From IMG/VR virus record IMGVR_UViG_3300028388_004772, positions 64,001 through 128,000 of that record: DNA of 64,000 bases; one strand, given 5' to 3'. Position 1 is the stretch's first letter; every line of letters starts with the position of its first letter. The notes beneath the pieces are model-generated. The model did not search any database. It was given only the letters and a program-made list of their open reading frames with translations, and was not told the origin of the DNA. Shown here in pieces: positions 17,851 through 27,915 of the stretch. Source of the stretch: a virus. The position numbers and the translations under genes are program-made.

Positions 17851-18341
17851 GCCAATCTCTCCCAATATGCTTCTTGCTTCTGATTAATGATAGGATTAAC
17901 TAGATCAGAACGAAGATATCGATAGATAGTTCTGAAGCACTCTCCGTGGCCACGATCCTTATCCTGCTTTCTCTTCATATACTCAGGGAACCAGTTGTAG
18001 TATGTGAACTGAATAAAATGTGACACCTCATGAGCTACAAGACAAAGGAGGATGTCTCGGTTGTCTGTAACAGTGATTCGACCAATCACAGGATCCATAT
18101 TGAAACGACTGTACTCACTCCATTCTGAGTTACCGAACTGCCAACACAACACATTGATCTTGATCATGTTATGTCCAGCCCATGAGCGGCCATTACGGCG
18201 CGCATAGACCTTCAAACACTTTACAGCATTATCAACAGCAGACTTAGGAAGGTTGAGCTCATACTTCTTCTTACGAAGATGACGGACACAAAGCTTGACC
18301 ATGTCTTCGACAATCTTTTCTTTCTCGCGAGGAATATTCAT
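17847..18341 (-). CDS. HExxH (SprT-like) zinc-binding protein
   Basis: VAHEVSHFIQ...GHGECF. Confidence 0.65.
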   Translation of the reverse strand: MNIPREKEKIVEDMVKLCVRHLRKKKYELNLPKSAVDNAVKCLKVYARRNGRSWAGHNMIKINVLCWQFGNSEWSEYSRFNMDPVIGRITVTDNRDILLCLVAHEVSHFIQFTYYNWFPEYMKRKQDKDRGHGECFRTIYRYLRSDLVNPIINQKQEAYWERLA

Positions 18342-18535
18342 ACGCAGATACCTGGTGTGAAAGTTTCTTCCCGAACAAGACGTGCTGTCGCTCTTAAATA
18401 GCCAGATACGCTGTCACACTTACGTGCAAGCTCCATACCCTTTTTCAGCGCGTTAAGTTTACAATCAGCTGAAATAATAAAAGACTCGTGGTAGCTGCAG
18501 TTGTAACCAGAAACCGTAACATCAAACTTACTCAT
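18338..18535 (-). CDS. Hypothetical early protein
   Basis: Behind an early promoter with GAAGGAGA RBS. Confidence 0.6.
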   Translation of the reverse strand: MSKFDVTVSGYNCSYHESFIISADCKLNALKKGMELARKCDSVSGYLRATARLVREETFTPGICV

Positions 18536-18537
18536 AT

Positions 18538-18598
18538 ATCTCTCCTTCATTTGATGTAGCCATTATCCTACATTATGAGAAAAAGAAAACATGTTTTT
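18538..18598 (-). promoter_or_regulatory. Repeated early promoter and leader, copy 2
   Basis: GTTTTC-N17-GATAAT-GGCTACATCAAATGAAGGAGAGA; nearly identical to the copy at 62575. Confidence 0.75.
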
Positions 18599-18629
18599 AT
18601 AAAAAAGAAATCATAAAGAAATTAAGTAG

Positions 18630-19250
18630 TTACGAAGCTTTTTTACCTTTACTATGAAGTTCTACCCTAACATTGTCGGAAACAGGGAACTTAATATTGT
18701 TGTGATTATGATGCAAAACGAATTCAACGTTATTAAATTCTTTGAACATATTTGTCCAGATTGGTCTCCAGTTGTTAGCCAACCGATTTGTATTCATATC
18801 ATCGCGAGGAGATGGAAGATAAAAATCTGTGCATGATCTTAGATTAAAATCAAACATCGAATCGAATCCCCACATATGAACAACATCTGGTTTAAACTTT
18901 GTACAACCAAAGTGAGTGCACATATGTCCACAATTGAAATCAGTATAGTTTGCAACATACTTAGGAAGTGTTAGATAGAATTCTTTGATCCTAGGGGCAA
19001 CCTTCATATAGAACCCTGGATTCTTTTCCATCCAAATCTTTGGTCTCATCCCAAGAATCCAGTTACCAGGAGCTTCAATCTCTCCTTCTGTGATTGCCTT
19101 CATCATTTTGAAGTCAACAATTACAGTTCCATATGCATTCTCTACAGGAAATGGTGGAATGTTACATGTGAGGTTTAGTCCTTTGCGAGGAGCCTCGTTA
19201 TAGAAATGAGCATTGTCACCATTGCCAACAATGTGTACAACCCTAGGCAT
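18630..19250 (-). CDS. Putative glycosyltransferase-like protein (GT29/Maf-like Rossmann fold)
   Basis: VHIVGNG...CN...NCGH...VHMWGFD pattern; last gene of the glycan island. Confidence 0.5.
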   Translation of the reverse strand: MPRVVHIVGNGDNAHFYNEAPRKGLNLTCNIPPFPVENAYGTVIVDFKMMKAITEGEIEAPGNWILGMRPKIWMEKNPGFYMKVAPRIKEFYLTLPKYVANYTDFNCGHMCTHFGCTKFKPDVVHMWGFDSMFDFNLRSCTDFYLPSPRDDMNTNRLANNWRPIWTNMFKEFNNVEFVLHHNHNNIKFPVSDNVRVELHSKGKKAS

Positions 19251-19884
19251 TCATTTGTCTCCTAATTTCATCCTTGCCTTTTTGACCTGTCCAGTGAGTT
19301 ACTAGCTCACCTTTTGGTCTGCGGCCATCAATAATATCTAATCTCAGCACATTGTACTTGTGTGGAAGGTCTTTTATATATGACATTTTTGTAATCGGAT
19401 TTAACATTGAGTGGAGAACTTCCTGGTCACCCCGAACAGATGTTTCTTCCACTTGCTGGGTCCACAGTTTAAGAATCTGTGGCTTACCTTGAAAGGCAAC
19501 AATTCCTGAATTGTGCCAAATCTCTTGTCTGCGTTTTGTCCAGGGATGGTCAATAACCATAGACAATTTCTCTGGTTCAACCTCTTTGAAGATACCACTG
19601 ATATCTCCGTGGACTTGACAATCTGTATCAATCCAACATGTTTTATCTGATGGACAATGAACCATTGATTTTGGTTTAAGAAACCACCCCTTTCCTTTAA
19701 ACTTTGACAAGTCTAAAACACCGACAGCTTTTGTTTGAATGTATTTTAACATATCGGAGGAGATACCAAAGTTTGCGAAGACCAATGGAGTATTATTATG
19801 TTTTTCATAGTTCTCCACAAACCAAGGTAACATCCATTCTGTATTCTCATCACATCCTGTTAAAAATGCTTCAGAGTATCTCAT
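19243..19884 (-). CDS. GT-A glycosyltransferase (GT8-like)
   Basis: WIDTD, NSGIV, GDQEVL, HWTG.KGK. Confidence 0.75.
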   Translation of the reverse strand: MRYSEAFLTGCDENTEWMLPWFVENYEKHNNTPLVFANFGISSDMLKYIQTKAVGVLDLSKFKGKGWFLKPKSMVHCPSDKTCWIDTDCQVHGDISGIFKEVEPEKLSMVIDHPWTKRRQEIWHNSGIVAFQGKPQILKLWTQQVEETSVRGDQEVLHSMLNPITKMSYIKDLPHKYNVLRLDIIDGRRPKGELVTHWTGQKGKDEIRRQMNA

Positions 19885-20512
19885 ATTTTTCACCATAATT
19901 ATGTTTTGCCTGACAGCCAACCTCATTCTGAATAGTCGTGAATGTGTCACGAGCTTCTACTGGCCACGGATAAAATTCTTTTAAGTTGGGAAAGTTATCA
20001 AGATTGATAAACACGTCTGTCGGTCCAGCACTTCTCAGTGCCTTATCAATTAGTTGTCGGGCTCCTGCAGGCTCAATATAATATCCATGAGCTCCAGGAA
20101 AGTATCTCTTGGAAACAAGAGGACCTTCTCCTAATACTTGAGGAGTATTGAACCGTCCATAAGAAGGCTTACCAAGATTAACAATTGAGCTCTGGAACAG
20201 AGATGGCAACGAGTTAACGAAAATTGCATCATGTTCAAGAATGACGAATGGTTCTTTACTCTCAGCACATTTTTCCCATAACGTAAAATGAGAAAGAAAT
20301 GCAGCCAAGCAATTATTAAATCGCGAATACTTTTCTTCGAAGTTGTCGATTGGTATTTGTTTTTCTGATGAAATCTTTACAGGACTATCACTTGGTGTAA
20401 ATGCCTTATGTTTGATTACATCAATACCAAACATCTTTCCAGACTGAATGCAGCGTTCAGCCGACTTTACTGATTTATCATTATCAAAGATTGTAATTAC
20501 ATATGCTTTCAT
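19871..20512 (-). CDS. Glycosyltransferase family 25
   Basis: AFLSHFTLWEKC...VILEHDA...GAHGYYIEPAGARQL. Confidence 0.85.
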   Translation of the reverse strand: MKAYVITIFDNDKSVKSAERCIQSGKMFGIDVIKHKAFTPSDSPVKISSEKQIPIDNFEEKYSRFNNCLAAFLSHFTLWEKCAESKEPFVILEHDAIFVNSLPSLFQSSIVNLGKPSYGRFNTPQVLGEGPLVSKRYFPGAHGYYIEPAGARQLIDKALRSAGPTDVFINLDNFPNLKEFYPWPVEARDTFTTIQNEVGCQAKHNYGEKYEIL

Positions 20513-21189
20513 GATGTTGTTGAGGGGGTTCCCTGTACCTTCGTATAAAATGTTTTTGTCACACCAAGCATGCTACCAACAAGTTGTCTACACATCAGTG
20601 CATCGTTTGGCCACGCTCCATACTCATCAACGAGCTCGAGCATTTTCCTAGCACCCTTTGGTTTAATTATGTAGGCTGAGTTTCCAGCGAGACCCTGAGG
20701 AACCGTAACCTCATCAATTGTCGGAACCTGTTGAATAAAGTCATTATTTTTTTGAATAAGTTCATAATATTGCTGAGATCTTCTCGTTGCACCAAGAGGA
20801 TTATTGATTCCAACAATTTGATACTTGTTATCCAATATTCTAAGAATATCAAGGTCTCTGACAAAAATAGCATCATGCTCAAGAATCATATACGGATCCT
20901 TACCTTGAGAACATTCCTTCCAAAGAATATAATGACTAAGAAAGCATGCAATCCGAGCCTTTGGGTTGGGTGTTTGGTATGGATTGAGTTTCAACCCTGA
21001 AGCAAAGTCAACTTTAGGGCTGTCCCAAGGATATGTCCATTTGATTCCATATTCTTCCATCAGACCATCAACCTGATCTGGAGTGATAGCATCAAATGTT
21101 TCAATGAAGATCTTTGTGGACTTCATGCATTTCTCAGCAGCCGCTTCAGAAACTTTATTATCTTTAATTACGATAATACTTGATTTCAC
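20509..21189 (-). CDS. Glycosyltransferase family 25
   Basis: ACFLSHYILWKEC...ILEHDA...GNSAYIIKPKGARKML. Confidence 0.85.
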   Translation of the reverse strand: MKSSIIVIKDNKVSEAAAEKCMKSTKIFIETFDAITPDQVDGLMEEYGIKWTYPWDSPKVDFASGLKLNPYQTPNPKARIACFLSHYILWKECSQGKDPYMILEHDAIFVRDLDILRILDNKYQIVGINNPLGATRRSQQYYELIQKNNDFIQQVPTIDEVTVPQGLAGNSAYIIKPKGARKMLELVDEYGAWPNDALMCRQLVGSMLGVTKTFYTKVQGTPSTTS

Positions 21190-21785
21190 TTTGTACCTTC
21201 GACAACAATCGATTCATGCTCACGCAAGCCATCAACTAGATCCACACCGTTCAACTCTTTGTGTTCACTTTCTGCATATGTACATTCTTTAACATCCTGG
21301 AAGCCAGCCTTCTTATGTTGATCGATCAACATCTCTAGGGTGGGTACCCAATAGTGACCTTGTTCCCCTAAACTTCTCTGTGCAATCTGATTGGCAGCTC
21401 CGAGAAATGTTTCTCGGTTGAGAATCCTGCGGCAATAATTTACTGTAAATTCAGAATGATCGTCGCGGTGTGTTTCATAGAATGTTCTACTAGGAGCAAC
21501 TGTACGAACAACACCTCCAGGCTTCAATACTCTTAAACATTCTTGTAAACAATGTAAACCATCTTTTTCATAGACGTGTTCAATCATATGCTCACTGAAG
21601 ATATAATCAATTGATTCGTCTTCAAACGGAAATTTCTCCGTCACATCAAGAAAGATAATTGTATATCCTTCCTTTCGTTTTTCCTCAAACCACGACAATG
21701 TCTTTTGTTTGGTAAATCCTTTCTGGTCAGTGTTAATCCACCCCAGCTTAGGTTCTCTACCACAACCCAGAACAACCTTTTTCAT
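21186..21785 (-). CDS. SAM-dependent methyltransferase (type 11)
   Basis: VLGCG, FPFEDESIDYIFSEHMIEH, RVLKPGG. Confidence 0.85.
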   Translation of the reverse strand: MKKVVLGCGREPKLGWINTDQKGFTKQKTLSWFEEKRKEGYTIIFLDVTEKFPFEDESIDYIFSEHMIEHVYEKDGLHCLQECLRVLKPGGVVRTVAPSRTFYETHRDDHSEFTVNYCRRILNRETFLGAANQIAQRSLGEQGHYWVPTLEMLIDQHKKAGFQDVKECTYAESEHKELNGVDLVDGLREHESIVVEGTK

Positions 21786-22439
21786 TTAAACTCCAAATTC
21801 TCTATCATACGATTGTACATCATTATTGTAAATTTGTCTACATCTACCAGCAACATGGACAACAGGAGCATGCTTTGAGTATTTTGTTTCTCTTAGAAAG
21901 CAACAATCGGATCTATCGATTTTGCGATATTTACCGAATGCCTGCTCAACCATTAGGTTCAATGCATATTGATCCCGTCCAGGTTTTGTATTCTTATATG
22001 TTTCCCTGTACTTCCTCGGATTCAATTCTCTTAACTTGTTAATTGAGTGTCTAGTAAATACAATAATTCCACTATTAAAATATTGGTTTCCCCATTTTAC
22101 AAACTCAGGTCGGGATTTAGGATGAGGATCATCAACCTCTTTACATGCGGAGAATTCATTATATTTTTCGAAGACATTTACATCTGTGTCACGAATAAAA
22201 ACATCAGCATCAACAAAGACGATTCTGTCATACTCTTCAAACTCATCTGATTCAAGGATTCGGAATACTTCCCATACAGGACTAAATCCTTTAAAGTAGT
22301 TATCAGATTTCAGTTGATAGTCCCACCCAATATTATCAGCATATCTTTTTACTGATCCCACTGCCTTAGTATACAACGATTGTTTGACTTCAGCTAGATC
22401 TGGTTCGACAGAAAAATGTTGTAAAATTAAATTCTTCAT
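21786..22439 (-). CDS. GT-A glycosyltransferase (GT8/GT34-like)
   Basis: FVDADV, YFNSGIIV, DQYALN, VHVAG. Confidence 0.75.
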   Translation of the reverse strand: MKNLILQHFSVEPDLAEVKQSLYTKAVGSVKRYADNIGWDYQLKSDNYFKGFSPVWEVFRILESDEFEEYDRIVFVDADVFIRDTDVNVFEKYNEFSACKEVDDPHPKSRPEFVKWGNQYFNSGIIVFTRHSINKLRELNPRKYRETYKNTKPGRDQYALNLMVEQAFGKYRKIDRSDCCFLRETKYSKHAPVVHVAGRCRQIYNNDVQSYDREFGV

Positions 22440-22440
22440 G

Positions 22441-23586
22441 TTACCACTTTGGTGAGTTTGTTACATTCTCAAACAGCATGTAGTCTTTACATTGTTCGGC
22501 AATGAACTTAACATCATCAATTAATCCTTCATTTAACGTAATTGGTTCAAAACCAAGAGACTTCAAACCTTCATTGACCACACTAAGGTCGTTGACAGGA
22601 GCTTCCTTACGAGGGTTGTCCATGTATTGAATTGCTGCTCCATACCTCGTTGCAATCATATCAGCCAACTCATTGACCTCTTGAACTTCAGAAACCTGGT
22701 TAAAGATTCTCACTCTTGAAGTATCTTCAGGTGGTGTCTGACAAGCTAACATTACACAGTTTGCTGTATCTTCAATATGGATAAACGCTCTCTTCTGGCC
22801 GCCTACACCATAAACTGTCAATGGATGATCTGCTGCAGCTTGAGAAATAAATCTATTCAGTACTGTTCCGTAAAGACCATCGTAATCAAATCTGTTAACA
22901 AGTAATGGATCGAGACGCGTCTCTTCTGTCTGTGTTCCCCAGACAATTCCTTGATGAAGATCCGTGATTTTCAATTTCCAGTTTTTGTTATAGAACTGAA
23001 AAAGAATCTGGTCGAGAGACTTCGTCATGTGATAGACACTACCAGGATTTGTTGGATATAGAATGTCCACCTGTTCATTAGTCTGGTTGACAGTGATATC
23101 CAAATATCCTTCCGGAATATCCCCAAACTCCTTTGAATAACCATAGACACCCATTGTTCCTAAATGGACAAGGTGAATATCTTGATCAACATCGACAATA
23201 GCATTTAATACATTATGTGTCGCCACCACATTATTATCAACTGTATATCGTCTCTCTTTGTTTGAAATCATTGAGTAAGGAGCAGCTCGTTGTTCCGCAA
23301 AATGAACAATTGTATCTGGTCTATGCTTCTTTACATGACCAACAAACTTCTCGTAGTCTGTAATGTCGACATTAATAAATTCAATATCAGCTTCGAGTAT
23401 TTGATTTGCTGTCTCGACGCGAGTAGTGATAGGAGAGATATTTGTTAACGAATTGCTTTTCGTTTCCACATCAATCTGTCGACGTGATAAGTTATCGAGA
23501 ATGAATACCTTATGACCATTCTTGGCTAGCTTTAACGCGGTTGGCCAACCACAGAATCCATCTCCTCCAAGTACAAATATTTTCAT
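22441..23586 (-). CDS. sqdB: UDP-sulfoquinovose synthase
   Basis: GGDGFCGWPTAL, HFAEQRAAPYSM, HLVHLGTMGVYG, PGSVYHMTK, TDLHQGIVWG, NRFDYDG.YGTVLNRF (SqdB/SQD1 signature). Confidence 0.93.
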   Translation of the reverse strand: MKIFVLGGDGFCGWPTALKLAKNGHKVFILDNLSRRQIDVETKSNSLTNISPITTRVETANQILEADIEFINVDITDYEKFVGHVKKHRPDTIVHFAEQRAAPYSMISNKERRYTVDNNVVATHNVLNAIVDVDQDIHLVHLGTMGVYGYSKEFGDIPEGYLDITVNQTNEQVDILYPTNPGSVYHMTKSLDQILFQFYNKNWKLKITDLHQGIVWGTQTEETRLDPLLVNRFDYDGLYGTVLNRFISQAAADHPLTVYGVGGQKRAFIHIEDTANCVMLACQTPPEDTSRVRIFNQVSEVQEVNELADMIATRYGAAIQYMDNPRKEAPVNDLSVVNEGLKSLGFEPITLNEGLIDDVKFIAEQCKDYMLFENVTNSPKW

Positions 23587-23599
23587 GCATTATTTCCTT

Positions 23600-24325
23600 T
23601 CATAAAAATGATCCGACCACAGACTTATCCGGATTTGCCCATCCAGAAAAACACCTATGGTCATTACCTCCACTGAGTACCTGCCACCAACCATACTCAG
23701 CAGCAATTAATTTCTTTTCTTCGTGCAGCTTATATACCCGATCAATATCCAACAGTTCATTAGGATGAACAATCAATTGATCAAATAGAAAATGATCATG
23801 ATAGTTATTATCTCGCTGCTCTCGTATCTTTGTGAATCCTGAATCACTAATTGAAAGACAGGCAAACCCTATTGCTCTTTTGTTTTGATAACTATCCTCG
23901 ACATATTGTTCAAACTTAGCATGTCGATATGTAAGTGTATCGTATCTACACCTGACTATTATATCATACTTTTGTGGTAAAGTGCTAACTAATTTACAAT
24001 GTGCAAGTATTTGTTTTGTTTGGTGAGAAGAAGTTTCCTTGAATTTTTGATTTGCCTTTGCATGACGTACAGCTTTAGCAAGTTTACCAGATTGCTCAGG
24101 AACCTCAATATCCAGAAACGGATGATAATCGATCTTAGGTTCATCAAAGAATTTCACATCAAAGTCTCGGAAGTACTTTTCAATGACAGTCTCATATCCT
24201 TTCCAGGCCCCATAATAAAAATCTGCATCAGGGAAGTTAATTTTGAGATTATCATAATTTCTTCTTAGGTCTCTGTTGTTTACTCCTGATCTGGGAGCAC
24301 CAGAGACACACACTGCTATATTCAT
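23600..24325 (-). CDS. Putative glycosyltransferase-like protein
   Basis: IAVCVSG.PR and YDIIVRCRYD motifs typical of glycan loci. Confidence 0.55.
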   Translation of the reverse strand: MNIAVCVSGAPRSGVNNRDLRRNYDNLKINFPDADFYYGAWKGYETVIEKYFRDFDVKFFDEPKIDYHPFLDIEVPEQSGKLAKAVRHAKANQKFKETSSHQTKQILAHCKLVSTLPQKYDIIVRCRYDTLTYRHAKFEQYVEDSYQNKRAIGFACLSISDSGFTKIREQRDNNYHDHFLFDQLIVHPNELLDIDRVYKLHEEKKLIAAEYGWWQVLSGGNDHRCFSGWANPDKSVVGSFL

Positions 24326-25095
24326 CGTAAATCTTTAAAGATCTTTGGTATCTGATATCTACTGTCGTTGACATAATGTGCAAAGTTACAAGGATAGTCC
24401 TCATTTCTTGTTGGGAATCTATTCCATTCAATTCCAAGCTCAAGGACATCAAAATTGTGTTTGCTCCACATTGCGTTCATGTATGGCTGATCCAAACAAT
24501 GTGAACTGTGGCCACCAACATTAACCCACTTCTTATCCAACCATGCGTTTCTAAATTCGAACCACTCCTCATGGTCAACAAACAGTTCTCTTGCTTTTAG
24601 CCTAGCCTGCTTTGACCATACCATTACACCTGAGTTGATCATCCTCAAAGGAGCATTTGTACTCTTCGCTGGAATGATCGGGGCTCCAAAATGAGCAAAC
24701 CTTTGTGTTAGTGGTCCTGATGGCTGCCAATTAATCTGAGCCGTGATGTCCGGGTGCCTCCACTCAGGCCAACCAGCAACATCAATTACAGGCAAGTTGA
24801 ACACGTTAACGTCCATGTTTTTCGGCATGACATCTACATCACAATACAATACATTCTCATACTGATCGAAGATAGGATCTTTAAATATTCTTGTCACTTC
24901 AAAGTAATTGGAACGAGACTCAACAAATCTGTCTGTCATGAAGTGATGGTCAGCATCATGTTTCTTAGCATATTCTTTGAAGTATGCAACTGAATATTCG
25001 GCCCACTCAGGCATTCCCTCTGTTGGGTAATGCCTGCTTTGTTTACCTATTCCATTGTAGTTTAGGTAATATTGGAAGATTGCATTCTTAGCCAT
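24322..25095 (-). CDS. GT-A glycosyltransferase (GT8/GT34-like)
   Basis: LYCDVDV, INSGVMVW, DQPYMN, NFAHY. Confidence 0.75.
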   Translation of the reverse strand: MAKNAIFQYYLNYNGIGKQSRHYPTEGMPEWAEYSVAYFKEYAKKHDADHHFMTDRFVESRSNYFEVTRIFKDPIFDQYENVLYCDVDVMPKNMDVNVFNLPVIDVAGWPEWRHPDITAQINWQPSGPLTQRFAHFGAPIIPAKSTNAPLRMINSGVMVWSKQARLKARELFVDHEEWFEFRNAWLDKKWVNVGGHSSHCLDQPYMNAMWSKHNFDVLELGIEWNRFPTRNEDYPCNFAHYVNDSRYQIPKIFKDLR

Positions 25096-25732
25096 TCTTT
25101 TTTAACTCTATAATAAAACTATCTGGTTCTCCGGTCTTCGATCTAAAGTCGTGTTCCGCCATTTCCAGATTGTATTCTTTCTTGAGATTATTCAACGAGT
25201 TGATAAACATATCTTGTTGAAATTGATTATACCTTTCAGGATATTTTTGAATCCAAGCATGCTTCATCTCACCCATTGTCATTTTATCTATCGGCCAAAC
25301 ATCTTCGATGACATATGTGCCTCCATCAGCAAGAAACGGAATAAAGTTCTCTAGTGTTTTCTTGTTTGCTTCCGGAAAATGAGCACCATCGTCGATAATA
25401 ATATCAAACTTTATATCACCAAATGATTTCATTGCCGCGGCAACTGATTGACTATCCATAGAATCACATTGAGCAAATGCCACAGGATCATTAGCAGCAA
25501 ATTTACCGCGACACTGTTCAATAGGGACACGTTGAAATAAATCAACCCCGTACAAAGATGCCTCTGGAATGCCCTCTAGGAATGCTTTGGTCGAATCTGC
25601 CTTGAACACACCAATCTCAAGAATATTGATTTGTTGACCACCATACACATCGATCAATGGTTGATAGAATATATCATAGCGATGCTTTTTACTTTTATCG
25701 CAGCCGTACTTATTAAATAATTCTTTAATCAT
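25088..25732 (-). CDS. SAM-dependent (sugar O-)methyltransferase
   Basis: CDK..H.Y, ILEIGV, FDIIIDDGAH, GGTYVIED. Confidence 0.85.
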   Translation of the reverse strand: MIKELFNKYGCDKSKKHRYDIFYQPLIDVYGGQQINILEIGVFKADSTKAFLEGIPEASLYGVDLFQRVPIEQCRGKFAANDPVAFAQCDSMDSQSVAAAMKSFGDIKFDIIIDDGAHFPEANKKTLENFIPFLADGGTYVIEDVWPIDKMTMGEMKHAWIQKYPERYNQFQQDMFINSLNNLKKEYNLEMAEHDFRSKTGEPDSFIIELKKNG

Positions 25733-25735
25733 ATT

Positions 25736-26572
25736 TCATTTCCTATCTGTGTGCATTAACATGAACACGTTATCCATCAAGTCTTGGTCAATTAATTTTT
25801 TAATCCACATTGGCTTATATTTAGCAAACGCTTTCTTAAAGAAAACAGGATCAATTCTCGTCTGAGATTCTAAAAAGCTTCCTCTGTCCCCTTGAGGAGC
25901 AAGAGTGCTGTCGACATTAATAATTTCGATTCTACAGTCGTCCTGAGTAATTAGGTAGTAGAAAAATAAAATGAAATCAAATGACTCATATGTTAATTTA
26001 GATCTGACATTCGGATTGTCATAATCAATGTATTCTAAAAAAGCATAGAACCTTTCGCGATCATATACAGGAACATCATTAAACCAAATATAGCTATGAA
26101 AGTTATCTGTTGTCTGTTTAATCTTCTCATAATCTTCTTCAATGAAGAAGTCTCTGGCAGTCCGGTTACCAATCATGTCATTGATTCCTCGGTTAACTAC
26201 CTTGCTCGCTGTATAGACCTTTTCATTGATTTGTTGTTTAAACAGAGCATCATAGTCTTTATTCATAATAAATTTAGAGTCAACATCGATAACAGCGACA
26301 TAGTCAAAGTCGGTGTTATTAAATACCCATCGAGCTCCAAACAACTTCTTCTGGGTAATTGGTTTTGAACCAAGAAGCTTTTCTGTACAGACAATAGACT
26401 GATATCTTAGGTGTTCTGTCTTAGATTCGAACAGATCCTTCTCATCTTTATTAGTGAATACGATAAACAGATCACTATCATCAAAGTGATTATTATATGA
26501 TTGTATAAATTCAATTCCACGATCCATGTGCTTTCCAACATGAATCGGTGCTACAAAACAAGAGTTTTTCAT
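25736..26572 (-). CDS. Putative GT-A glycosyltransferase
   Basis: VIDVD DxD motif inside the glycan island. Confidence 0.5.
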   Translation of the reverse strand: MKNSCFVAPIHVGKHMDRGIEFIQSYNNHFDDSDLFIVFTNKDEKDLFESKTEHLRYQSIVCTEKLLGSKPITQKKLFGARWVFNNTDFDYVAVIDVDSKFIMNKDYDALFKQQINEKVYTASKVVNRGINDMIGNRTARDFFIEEDYEKIKQTTDNFHSYIWFNDVPVYDRERFYAFLEYIDYDNPNVRSKLTYESFDFILFFYYLITQDDCRIEIINVDSTLAPQGDRGSFLESQTRIDPVFFKKAFAKYKPMWIKKLIDQDLMDNVFMLMHTDRK

Positions 26573-27915
26573 GTGTTATGTTTCAAATAAGTTTCTAAAT
26601 CTTCTGGTGTTCCTAGACCCCACATACCTGACGCTGTGTATGTTCGAATCTCTTTGTCATCTTCAATTGCCTGATTGAACACTGGACAAACATAGAATTC
26701 GTTATTGACTCGAATATCTTTTTCGATCATCTGTTCAGCATACTTGACAAAGTCAGAACCGTTTTTCCAATAGTAGTATCCTACCGTAGCATTATCCGAT
26801 ATTGGTTTCTTTTCGGCAACCTCTGTTACGCAACCTTTTTCATTTATTTTTGCAAATGACCATTTAGGATGAGTTGCCTTGAAAGTAACAATACCACCAT
26901 CAGCACTCTTTTCTTGCATATTGTACATAAACTCGATTGGATCCCATTCAACATACTGATCAGAGTTTGCAAAAAATAATGGTTGGTCATTATCAATAAA
27001 CTCTTTTGCAAGTAACGCTGTACATGCAGCCCCTTCAGTAATTCCATCAGTTTCCACTACTTTACAATCAGGGGCTATCAAGTTCAGCATTGTATCAAGC
27101 TGATATTTTTCTCTATGTTCTTTTTGTACAACAAAGATATAATTAGCATCCAAGCCAAGGTTGTCGACCACAACCTGAATCATTGGTTTGCCGTTTACAT
27201 CAATTAGAGGTTTAGGGAATGTGTATCCAGCCTGAGCAAATCTACTTCCAGCTCCTGCCATCGGAATCAAAACATTTAATTTATCATCAGACCATTTCTT
27301 TTGCATTGGTTCACCTTTCAAATGTGGAAATACTTTATCACAATTCACTTCATATGGATTTGCTACTCTGATATACTTAGCTCTTGATCTAGAGGCAGCT
27401 AATAGTCCTGGAGGAGAGTCCTCTATAATCAACGTTTCTTCAGGTAGGACACCCATCATCGACATTGCTTTCCAATAGATCTCAGGGTGTGGTTTTGAAT
27501 TCTTGACGTCATCATTTGATAAAATAATAGAACAATGTTCAATCAAATCAGTCTTGGCCAAAGCCGTCAGAGCAGTACGACGAATAGAATTAGTACAAAC
27601 CCCAATCTTATAATCGTGAAGCTCGAGCTCTTCAAATAAGATCTTGATATCTCGGATTGGCTTAAGTTCACTAAGCTTATCGATTGTCAGCGCTTGTTTC
27701 TTTTCAAAAATTGTTTGATGAAGATCGAGTGGAAGACCTTTTGTATCAGAAAGCATATCAAGCTTCTCACGAGTCTTCCTGCCATCATAAATATTATGAT
27801 GCTCATCATCTGTAATTGCGTACTGAGGTCCAAGAGCCTCATTAAGGGCCTCGTAATGAATTTGTTTGGCATCGATCAGTACACCATCTAAGTCAAACAA
27901 TACTAACTTGATCAC
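26569..27915 (-). CDS. HAD phosphatase fused to a sugar nucleotidyltransferase
   Basis: N-terminal FDLDGVL, KPHPEIY, IEDS; C-terminal IPMAGAGSRF...PKPLI...GLGTPEDL. Confidence 0.88.
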   Translation of the reverse strand: MIKLVLFDLDGVLIDAKQIHYEALNEALGPQYAITDDEHHNIYDGRKTREKLDMLSDTKGLPLDLHQTIFEKKQALTIDKLSELKPIRDIKILFEELELHDYKIGVCTNSIRRTALTALAKTDLIEHCSIILSNDDVKNSKPHPEIYWKAMSMMGVLPEETLIIEDSPPGLLAASRSRAKYIRVANPYEVNCDKVFPHLKGEPMQKKWSDDKLNVLIPMAGAGSRFAQAGYTFPKPLIDVNGKPMIQVVVDNLGLDANYIFVVQKEHREKYQLDTMLNLIAPDCKVVETDGITEGAACTALLAKEFIDNDQPLFFANSDQYVEWDPIEFMYNMQEKSADGGIVTFKATHPKWSFAKINEKGCVTEVAEKKPISDNATVGYYYWKNGSDFVKYAEQMIEKDIRVNNEFYVCPVFNQAIEDDKEIRTYTASGMWGLGTPEDLETYLKHNT

